Made by a program: the position numbers and the translations under genes. The notes beneath the pieces were generated by a model. That model was not told the DNA's origin, did not search any database, and saw only the letters and a list, made by a program, of their open reading frames with translations. From Candidatus Poseidoniales archaeon (GTDB lineage Archaea > Thermoplasmatota > Poseidoniia > Poseidoniales > Thalassarchaeaceae), in the NCBI GenBank assembly GCA_012959435.1, contig DUDF01000074.1, positions 37,234-101,233 of the forward strand: a stretch of 64,000 bases of DNA, read 5' to 3'. Numbering within the stretch: the stretch's first letter is position 1; the number at the start of each line of letters is the position of its first letter. Positions 57,127 through 64,000 of the stretch are shown one piece after another.

Positions 57127-58254
57127 ATGACTGAACCACCACCAACTGAACAGGAGCAATTGCTTGATGCCCTGCATCAAAGGGGCGAGCAATTGTCTAA
57201 CATTCTCAGTAGTATCAATGCTGCAGTTGCTGTTACAGATGTCATGGGTAACATCGTTCTCCTAAACGATGTAGCCCGTACAGAATTAGGATTAATTTAC
57301 TCACCTGAACTCACTTTGGCCGCTTTCGCTGCTCAATTTGATTGGAGGGATAGTGAAGGCGAGCCATTCACTGAAGAAAATTTTCCCGTTACAGCAGTGT
57401 TACACGGTGGGCAGCCAATCCATGAAATCCCAGTTTCCAAAGGGGGAGGTGGCGATGCACGTCATTTCCGTCTCTCAGCAACGCCTCTCACTTCTCGGGA
57501 AGGTGACTTAGTGGGAGCAGTAGTGGTTTTTCATGAAGTTACTGAACTAGTTCATCTCCAAACTGAGTTACAAGATATGAATGAACAACGTCTCGGTTTT
57601 TACAGCGGCATGAGCCATGAATTACGAACTCCTCTCCAAGGTATCATCGGATATACTGAATTGCTACTTGAAGAAGCAGAAGATGGCACTTTTGAAAAAG
57701 AAAGTTTGCAATCAATCCGTTCATCAACAGATCACTTACTGTCGCTGGTTACTGATTTACTTGATTTATCAAAAATTGTTGCAGGTAGAATGGAACTTGA
57801 TAAATCAGCAACAGAATTGACTCCAATCATTAGGGAAGCGGTGAAAATGGTTTCTCCTAATGCTAGGAAAAAAGGCATTTTAATGATTGTTGAATTAGAA
57901 GATTTAGGTGAATTAATGGTTGATAAAAGGGCAATCCGCCAAGTGATTCTCAATCTTGTTTCCAATGCAATAAAGTTCACGGATGAGGGGGGCGAAGTGG
58001 TGATTTCATGTACTAGATTTGAAGAAGAAGCTCACATACTAGTGCGCGACACTGGGACAGGAATATCTGATGACGACCAAGAGTTAATTTTCCGAGAATT
58101 TGTTCAGGTCAAAGGCTCAGATGGGCGCCAACGTCCAGGGACAGGTTTAGGTCTGGCTTTGTCTAAACACTTCGTTGATATGCATGATGGTTCACTAGTC
58201 GTGACCTCGAAAGTAGGGATCGGCTCAACTTTCATCATCAATTTGCCTTTGTGA
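57127..58254 (+). CDS. PAS-domain sensor histidine kinase (cytoplasmic)
   Basis: PAS-like N-terminal half. H-box 'SHELRTPLQGIIGYTELL', N-box 'LVSNAIKFT', G-boxes 'VRDTGTGI' and 'GTGLGLALS'. Confidence 0.85.
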   Translation: MTEPPPTEQEQLLDALHQRGEQLSNILSSINAAVAVTDVMGNIVLLNDVARTELGLIYSPELTLAAFAAQFDWRDSEGEPFTEENFPVTAVLHGGQPIHEIPVSKGGGGDARHFRLSATPLTSREGDLVGAVVVFHEVTELVHLQTELQDMNEQRLGFYSGMSHELRTPLQGIIGYTELLLEEAEDGTFEKESLQSIRSSTDHLLSLVTDLLDLSKIVAGRMELDKSATELTPIIREAVKMVSPNARKKGILMIVELEDLGELMVDKRAIRQVILNLVSNAIKFTDEGGEVVISCTRFEEEAHILVRDTGTGISDDDQELIFREFVQVKGSDGRQRPGTGLGLALSKHFVDMHDGSLVVTSKVGIGSTFIINLPL

Positions 58255-59370
58255 TTAACGGCGAATTAGAATTGTTAACAGATCATCGTGTTTTAGTTGA
58301 TGGTCAAGACCGACTCTCTGCCAATCGAATTTAGCGCTCGGGCCTTTGACTCTGGCATAGCGGAATTTCCGTACAAAATCTCGATGTAAAGAAACACAAA
58401 CATCTCTGACTGTGCTATCGTCTTTTACAATCATCGGTTCAATCAAATCGGCTTCTTGGCCTTGCGGCTTCAAGAAAACCGACATGAAGCCGAGATTATC
58501 ATAGATGAAATCTTTCAACTCTTCAATTCCTTGGCCGGTTTTTGCTGAAATCGGAAGAATTGGCCAATCATCTGGAAGCATATCGTAAGTTTTCTGCAGG
58601 TCTTTTTTTGTTGCTAAGTCAATTTTATTGACAATTACAACCGCCTTAGAATAAACTCGGTTAGAAGCCATTGTGTCAACTAGCATATCGGCGGTGGCAT
58701 CAACTCGGAGCGTAACTAGAGCACTTGTGTAACCAAATGAGCGTATGATGTCCTGCATCTCTTCTTTCGCGAGGTAGGTCTGTTCAACAGTGGTCCTGAC
58801 TTCGATTCCTCCCTTGTTTCTCCGGGTGATGAATACTGGGGGTTTGTCTTGGTTCAACCGCATTCCGGCAATTTCTAGTTCACGGTGTAGCACTTTGAAA
58901 TGAGCATCTTGGAACGGGTCAACTACGTAGAGGACCATGTCAGAACTTCTGACCACACCAAGGATTTCTTTCCCTCTGCCTTTTCCTTCGGCTGCCCCTT
59001 TAATGAGACCAGGTAGGTCAAGAATCTGGATTTTTGCACCTCGATGTTCCATCAATCCGGGAATACAAGTTAGCGTTGTAAATGCATATCCAGCAGTGTC
59101 AGATTCAGCATCAGTGACTTGGCCGATTAATGTTGATTTTCCCACACTAGGGAAGCCGACAAGGGCGACTGAAGCATCACCCGACTTCTTGACTTCGAAT
59201 CCTTTGGCAGGACCGCCCGATTTTGCGTGTGCAGCGACTTTTTCTTGCTTTGCTTTAAGGGCGGCAATTTTTGCCTTTAATTTACCAACGTGGTGCTCAG
59301 TAGCCTTATTTTTCTGAGTTTTATCAATCTCAGCTTGGATGTCAGCAATCTGTTCAACCATAGTTGCCAT
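58255..59370 (-). CDS. Developmentally regulated GTP-binding protein (DRG/Rbg, Obg-HflX superfamily) with C-terminal TGS domain
   Basis: 'VALVGFPSVGKSTL', 'TLTCIPG', 'QILDLPG', 'VVNKIDL'. Start placed at ATG 59370 (MATMVEQ...). Confidence 0.85.
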   Translation of the reverse strand: MATMVEQIADIQAEIDKTQKNKATEHHVGKLKAKIAALKAKQEKVAAHAKSGGPAKGFEVKKSGDASVALVGFPSVGKSTLIGQVTDAESDTAGYAFTTLTCIPGLMEHRGAKIQILDLPGLIKGAAEGKGRGKEILGVVRSSDMVLYVVDPFQDAHFKVLHRELEIAGMRLNQDKPPVFITRRNKGGIEVRTTVEQTYLAKEEMQDIIRSFGYTSALVTLRVDATADMLVDTMASNRVYSKAVVIVNKIDLATKKDLQKTYDMLPDDWPILPISAKTGQGIEELKDFIYDNLGFMSVFLKPQGQEADLIEPMIVKDDSTVRDVCVSLHRDFVRKFRYARVKGPSAKFDWQRVGLDHQLKHDDLLTILIRR

Positions 59371-59519
59371 GCTAATCCCCTCCCTTATCCTAGTCGGCTT
59401 GACCCTGCTCTCTGACCTTCGGTCAGGGCTATGGTTCTTCAAACCGGCGTTTGCAATCACTCTTATCTGTTGTAATTAGTTAGGGTGATATTCATGGGGA
59501 AGGGCTGTGACGCAGTGTC

Positions 59520-60236
59520 ATGGCAGACTTGTTAGCGATGGTCGTTGATAGCGATTATTGGTTTAGTCTGTTGAATACCAAATCTACAGATTTGTATAAG
59601 CAAATGCAAGACAAATCAGCAAGAAAATCACGGCCAGAAATGGCTGATTTTATTGACCGCCGCTTTGATGTTGATGTTGAAGCAGAGATTCTTGACTGGA
59701 TTGAAGAACACGATATCATGGATGAGGAAGATTCGGTATTGCTCACCGCCTCAAAACGTTTGGTGTCTGGCGGTAATATCGAGGATATCGCTTCAGGCAT
59801 GTGGCTATTAGCAGAATGGGCTAGTCTTGGCACTTGGAGATGCATGGAAGGTAGGGGTTATCTCTACTTGGAACCATACAGTGGGGAATCGATTAATCAA
59901 GTAGGTCAACTCTATGAGCAGCGGATTTGGGATGCTGCTATTAAGAGCATCACAACGATGTCAAAACAGCAGTATTCCGAGACAGTAGTAGTCGATTGGA
60001 TGGGGCGTAGAGAACTGTTGGGAGAGACTCTTAATGAGAAAAATGACCCCCGCATATTGTCAACAATGCAGAGTCACCAAAGGCACGCAGAGTCACTTCA
60101 CGGATTGGCAGAATTAATTGCAGAAGGGGATACGATTTTACTAACAAGAAGAGATTGGTCATCATACCTAAATGCTGGATTCGGTGGGTTCAAAATTAGA
60201 AAGCTTCTCACCTCAAACATAGGAGGGGGTAAATGA
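59520..60236 (+). CDS. Hypothetical protein, translationally coupled (ATGA overlap) to the NMNAT gene
   Basis: 238-aa ORF with coding-like composition. I recognise no motif. Its stop overlaps the ATG at 60233. Confidence 0.45.
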   Translation: MADLLAMVVDSDYWFSLLNTKSTDLYKQMQDKSARKSRPEMADFIDRRFDVDVEAEILDWIEEHDIMDEEDSVLLTASKRLVSGGNIEDIASGMWLLAEWASLGTWRCMEGRGYLYLEPYSGESINQVGQLYEQRIWDAAIKSITTMSKQQYSETVVVDWMGRRELLGETLNEKNDPRILSTMQSHQRHAESLHGLAELIAEGDTILLTRRDWSSYLNAGFGGFKIRKLLTSNIGGGK

Positions 60237-60886
60237 TGAGTGACGATGACTGGGAAAATCCATTTTCTGTTACAGAAGTCCCCCTCTTGATTGAACCTAA
60301 GCCGCCTGAGCAGGCACCTAAACCTGCGTTGGTTGTTTTAGGCCGATTCCAGCCGTTTCACCGCGGCCATGTGGCATTAATTGAGGCGGCTCTAGATTAT
60401 GCTAACGAAAATGATTTGCCTAGTCGCATTGTTATTGGTTCAGCAAATCAACTAGAATCTCTTGAGAATCCTTGGACATGGCAAGAGCGAAAACAGATGA
60501 TATGCTGCTGGTTGGCCACAAATCATCCTAATCTAGAAGTTGATGTGGTTGCAGTTCCTGATATCAATGACCCACCTAATTGGGTTGAACACGCAGAACA
60601 ATATCATGGTGAGGCTGGTGTATTATTTACTAGCGATGGGCCAACAACTGACCTGTATCGTCAAGCTGGTTGGCAAGTCATTGAATCACCGTTGCAAGAC
60701 AGAGAATCATGGGAAGGTTGGAGGATTCGCTCAACCCTAAAAATGCTGTCAACAGTATCTGAAAAGGAAGCATCTATCTCAGTAATGATTGAGACAATCC
60801 CAGAAGAAGTGGCTGAACTTCTATGGGATGAAGTGTGGCTGAAGAGATTGGCTTTCCTTGGCAGACCATTTGAAGCCGTTGGATAG
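60233..60886 (+). CDS. nadM: Nicotinamide-nucleotide adenylyltransferase, archaeal NadM type
   Basis: 'VVLGRFQPFHRGHVALI' (HxGH motif), 'IVIGSANQLESLENPWTWQER'. Confidence 0.75.
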   Translation: MMSDDDWENPFSVTEVPLLIEPKPPEQAPKPALVVLGRFQPFHRGHVALIEAALDYANENDLPSRIVIGSANQLESLENPWTWQERKQMICCWLATNHPNLEVDVVAVPDINDPPNWVEHAEQYHGEAGVLFTSDGPTTDLYRQAGWQVIESPLQDRESWEGWRIRSTLKMLSTVSEKEASISVMIETIPEEVAELLWDEVWLKRLAFLGRPFEAVG

Positions 60887-60888
60887 AA

Positions 60889-61407
60889 TTATTCACAAGA
60901 TGCTGATGACCACTGTTGATTTTCAATGTGTTCAGCGAAGGAGATAACTCTGTCATCATTAACCATGAGATCGTAAACCCCGAGACGAGCCTCTGAATGA
61001 GTCCATATTACTGCACTCCCATTATCACATTCAACATGAAACAACATATCATCAGGGAATCGAACAGCAAAAGATCTGAAAACTGAATGAATATACCCTG
61101 CATCTTGTGATTCAGTAACCACTTCAGTCCGAGGTTGTGAATCTATCCAAGCGATGATTTCTGACATCACCTCGGCTTTGCTTGCATTCACTACAATTCC
61201 TTGCTCGCCACTAGCGCGGTAAGGATTAGGGGCAATCCGTGAGCAGTTCTGAGAATCATCAGGGCATTGAGTTGGATACGCCTCAAACTCAAGTGTGGGT
61301 GCGGCAACCCAAACTAGGAATATCGTAGCAATGTAAAGTGTGGTTATGCCTAATGCAAAAACTTGCAATCGTCGAGGTGAACCATACCATTTGTCTTCTT
61401 CACTCAA
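60889..61407 (-). CDS. DUF1499-family protein (N-terminal TM)
   Basis: 'GYIHSVFRSFAVRFPDDMLFHVE...THSEARLGVYDLMVNDDRV' resembles the DUF1499 signature. The TTG start directly abuts the grpE stop. Confidence 0.5.
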   Translation of the reverse strand: MSEEDKWYGSPRRLQVFALGITTLYIATIFLVWVAAPTLEFEAYPTQCPDDSQNCSRIAPNPYRASGEQGIVVNASKAEVMSEIIAWIDSQPRTEVVTESQDAGYIHSVFRSFAVRFPDDMLFHVECDNGSAVIWTHSEARLGVYDLMVNDDRVISFAEHIENQQWSSASCE

Positions 61408-61962
61408 TCACTTCACCGCCGTGACGATGACTCTGGCAGGTCTCAAAACTCTGTCATGCAGCATCCAGCCAGGCTCTAACACCTGTACAACGGTATTTGG
61501 GGAGTGTTCCTCACTTGCTGGGATTGTGGTAATGGCTTCCATTATTTTTGGGTCAAACCTCTTGCCATTTACTTCAATCATTTTCGCACCATCATCGGTA
61601 AGCGCCTTCTCAAGATTCTTTCGAATCATATTGATACCTTCCATGATAGAGTCATCAGTTCCTTCAGGCATTGATAAAATCGCACGGTCAAAGTCATCAA
61701 GAAGTGAAATTAGCCGCCTAGCAAGTCCTTGACCACCATAGCGGAGAAGGGCAGCTCTCTCTTGTGAGTGGCGTTTACGGATATTTACGATGTCAGCGTC
61801 ACGATAAGCAATTTCTTTTTCAGAAGTTTCAGCTCTTATTTCAGCCTCTGCGAGTTTCTCTTCAATAGTCAATTCCCGAGGCTCTTCTTCAACTTCGATT
61901 GTTGGAGCCTCGTCAACGACAGCATCCACCGGCTCTGCTTCAGCCTCTTCGTCGTTACTCAT
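61408..61962 (-). CDS. grpE: Nucleotide exchange factor GrpE
   Basis: Acidic N-terminus, coiled coil 'YRDADIVNIRKRHSQE', C-terminal 'FDPKIMEAI...VVQVLEPGWMLHDRVLRPARVIV'. Confidence 0.85.
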   Translation of the reverse strand: MSNDEEAEAEPVDAVVDEAPTIEVEEEPRELTIEEKLAEAEIRAETSEKEIAYRDADIVNIRKRHSQERAALLRYGGQGLARRLISLLDDFDRAILSMPEGTDDSIMEGINMIRKNLEKALTDDGAKMIEVNGKRFDPKIMEAITTIPASEEHSPNTVVQVLEPGWMLHDRVLRPARVIVTAVK

Positions 61963-62002
61963 CTAAGTCGGCTGACCCACGCCTCCTTCATCAACCCGAC
62001 GA

Positions 62003-63136
62003 TTATGGTCGGTGCTCATTAAGCCAAATCAGGCTAACTTCCAATCTCTCATAAGTTGGATGAACCTCAATCATTGCTGCGGGTGCAGCAATCTCATCAG
62101 CAATACCTTCAGCAAGTAATAATGGCACCTCAATTCTTCCATTCCCTGCATCATGGTAGAGAAATTGCATAGGTATATCACAGGTCTCAACTAGTTCTTT
62201 TAGGAATTCATCAGATTCATCATCTTGGCAATAGATAGCGCCAAACACTAGAGTCCCATCATCCGTTAGTTGCTCATGTGGTGAGATACTAGCCTCTCCT
62301 CTTCTCATGAAGCGGCGGCGGAGTTGCCCTGAGTCTTTGTACGACGATGTGCAATATTTGATAGAATAACCGTATGGTTCACGTTTGTCCATTCCAAGAT
62401 TTGCCATATTCACTTGATTGCGAATGGCTCTTGCAAGTTCATCAGAACCTTCTGCGCCAGCAGTCAATTCGTTGGTTAGATTGAATCCACGAAGTTCCAT
62501 ATTGTCATGATTACCAACGGTGATTTCAAGTTCATTTAGATTGATAAATTCTATTGATGTATGGCGCAGTTCCTCAATTAGTTCGTAAAGTCTCTCTTCT
62601 TTATCGGGTTCGCATGGTATTTCAATTCCAACATTCATGTTGGTGTCTGCACACGCCGCTATGGTTGGAAGATAGCGATCTAATTCCATATCTAAAAGGT
62701 GAAATCTTATTTCATCTAAACCAGACTCTGCTAAACTTTCTGCATGTTTAGGGGGGAAGGGGATACTGGTGTAAAGATGGATATGGTGGTCCGTTCCAAG
62801 TTCGGTTTTCAGGGTTTTACAAGCATCTTCAACCCGTTCTCTGACCATCATGGGGTCTCCTCCTGTAATTCCGGTACCGGTGGCATCCATTGCCCTCGCT
62901 TCTTCTATGACAGCGGCCCAATCAGCAACTTCGCAGCGCCGCTCGTTTGCATACATATGGTCTATTTCGCGGCGGTTTTCGGAAAGTGGACAGTAATCAC
63001 ATTGCCAATGACATTCACCAGTGATGAACAGCACCATTTTGCTGCCAATTTGGCATTGTATACACCCCTCTGCTTCATCTCTTGTCGGTGGTTCAACAGG
63101 TTCAGGCATGTTTGGTTGGTGAATTTCAAGTTTCAT
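62003..63136 (-). CDS. Radical SAM domain protein (unassigned subfamily)
   Basis: 'CHWQCDYCP' CxxxCxxC cluster motif, 'GITGGDP' SAM-binding glycine motif. Confidence 0.75.
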   Translation of the reverse strand: MKLEIHQPNMPEPVEPPTRDEAEGCIQCQIGSKMVLFITGECHWQCDYCPLSENRREIDHMYANERRCEVADWAAVIEEARAMDATGTGITGGDPMMVRERVEDACKTLKTELGTDHHIHLYTSIPFPPKHAESLAESGLDEIRFHLLDMELDRYLPTIAACADTNMNVGIEIPCEPDKEERLYELIEELRHTSIEFINLNELEITVGNHDNMELRGFNLTNELTAGAEGSDELARAIRNQVNMANLGMDKREPYGYSIKYCTSSYKDSGQLRRRFMRRGEASISPHEQLTDDGTLVFGAIYCQDDESDEFLKELVETCDIPMQFLYHDAGNGRIEVPLLLAEGIADEIAAPAAMIEVHPTYERLEVSLIWLNEHRP

Positions 63137-63735
63137 GCATATTCACCTTGTGCAAGTTTTAACAGCCAAGTATGGAACCTCAGGTCTCCTGATAGTTCTG
63201 GGTGGAAGGTAACTGCTAAACGATTTTCTTGCCTTATCCCAACAACTTCTTGGTTGTGAATAGCAATTGCTTGTGCCCCCTCTCCAATTGAATCAAATCT
63301 CGGTGCACGAATGAATACGCCGGGGTAGGGTTCCCCTAGTGTTGGGACATCTAACATTACTTGGAAGGAATCTGCTTGACTTCCGTAGCCATTTCTGTTT
63401 ACGGTTGCATTAACCAATGGTGTCCCCTTGTCATTAGGTTGTGCTAGAAGGATAGCCCCTGCACAAGTTGCTAGCACTGGAGTTTTTTCATTTGTACGCA
63501 ACCACTCAAACAAAGCCGGTAGCAGATTATTGAGGTCATTTGCTCCGGTCAGTCGCATGGTTGTTGACTCACCACCAGGGAAAATGATAGCATCTAGATT
63601 GTTGGATTGAAGGTCAAGTGCGGTTCGCAATTCGGTAGTTTCGAGGTCAACCCCTAGTTCTTCAGCAGCTGATTCTAAAGTAGCAAGATGGGCATGACGT
63701 GCGCCTTGTAACATCACCATCCCGACCCTTACCAT
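63133..63735 (-). CDS. pdxT: Pyridoxal 5'-phosphate synthase glutaminase subunit PdxT
   Basis: 'VGMVMLQGARHAH', 'IIFPGGESTTM', catalytic Cys 'LATCAGAILLA', 'FIRAPRF', 'VTFHPELS'. Start placed at ATG 63735. The stop overlaps the radical SAM start (ATGA). Confidence 0.85.
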   Translation of the reverse strand: MVRVGMVMLQGARHAHLATLESAAEELGVDLETTELRTALDLQSNNLDAIIFPGGESTTMRLTGANDLNNLLPALFEWLRTNEKTPVLATCAGAILLAQPNDKGTPLVNATVNRNGYGSQADSFQVMLDVPTLGEPYPGVFIRAPRFDSIGEGAQAIAIHNQEVVGIRQENRLAVTFHPELSGDLRFHTWLLKLAQGEYA

Positions 63736-64000
63736 GTGATATCGGCGGAGCCACTCAAACATGAACCCATCACTCAAAGCGGTTCAATTATTGATTGGAA
63801 TGTGCGTATTGGGTAAATGCATATGGTTTAGAAAAGTGACCATTTTCTTTCTGCGCCGGGGTGCGGCTTATATGATAGAAGAAAACGCCTGTGGTTAGGT
63901 TAAGAGACCTAAGAGGTATGAAAATATGGATATAGATGTAAAAGGACATATGATGTTTGATTCAGGAATGAATTATGGGATAAAAGATTGGTGGATTGGC

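Noticed and set aside
58252-58257. Convergent genes with back-to-back stop codons and no spacer (histidine kinase / DRG at 58252-58257; also nob1 / tatA at 2076-2078).
   Set aside because: This is real in the sequence, but genome compaction explains it best. There is no room for structured elements and no evidence of functional significance.
61405-61410. grpE lacks adjacent dnaK/dnaJ, and a DUF1499 gene starts (TTG) directly at the grpE stop.
   Set aside because: This is noted as context only. Dispersed chaperone genes are common, and the TTG start of the DUF1499 gene is itself uncertain, so I did not raise it as a finding.
1-64000. CRISPR arrays, IS elements, prophage genes, rRNA genes.
   Set aside because: I saw no regularly spaced direct repeats, no transposase, integrase or capsid-like ORFs, and no rRNA-like sequence on reading both strands. 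The only tandem repeat noticed is a trivial 10-mer x2.3 at 29554-29576.
63926-64000. A short open frame starting 'MDIDVKGHMMFDSGMNYGIKDWWIG' and running off the window end.
   Set aside because: It is too short to evaluate (25 codons) and has no recognisable motif, so I do not report it as a feature.

Overview
This is a gene-dense 64-kb chromosomal segment that reads as archaeal. The hallmarks are a DNA polymerase II (PolD) small subunit, archaeal-type TyrRS, a Nob1 PIN endonuclease, a DRG GTPase, a NadM-type NMNAT, a class III prepilin-type signal sequence, and two tRNAs without encoded CCA. GC looks moderately low and the proteins are very acidic, which fits an uncultured marine planktonic euryarchaeote (Marine Group II / Poseidoniales-like); that lineage call is inference only. 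I call about 49 protein genes and 2 tRNAs (Glu-UUC, Val-UAC). I saw no rRNA, CRISPR array, transposase or integrase. Positions 26-64 kb carry housekeeping and heterotrophic metabolism: two acyl-CoA dehydrogenases, ETF alpha/beta, Kbl, HMG-CoA synthase, citrate synthase, TatC, GrpE, PdxT and a PAS histidine kinase. The outstanding region is 2.7-26 kb, a same-strand block of four genes: a MacB-type ABC ATPase, an oversized fused double-FtsX permease (1,586 aa), a 1,083-aa anchored surface protein, and a 4,637-aa mosaic surface protein. The giant protein combines beta-helix repeats, an amicyanin-like type-1 copper domain, cadherin-like and sugar-binding-like modules, and Tyr-rich tracts. Its most unusual feature is the 3' end: membrane anchor, then acidic tail, then a complete archaeal type-IV-pilin-like prepilin module, all in frame, with an internal GGAGG-TTG start signal. 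Other candidates are a DnaA/Hda-like AAA+ protein beside a DUF835 protein, an apparently circularly permuted glycerophosphodiester phosphodiesterase, a GcvH-like protein lacking the lipoyl-lysine, and a bacterial-type (class II) CCA-adding enzyme. All homology calls come from motif recognition by eye on the supplied translations; no searches were run.
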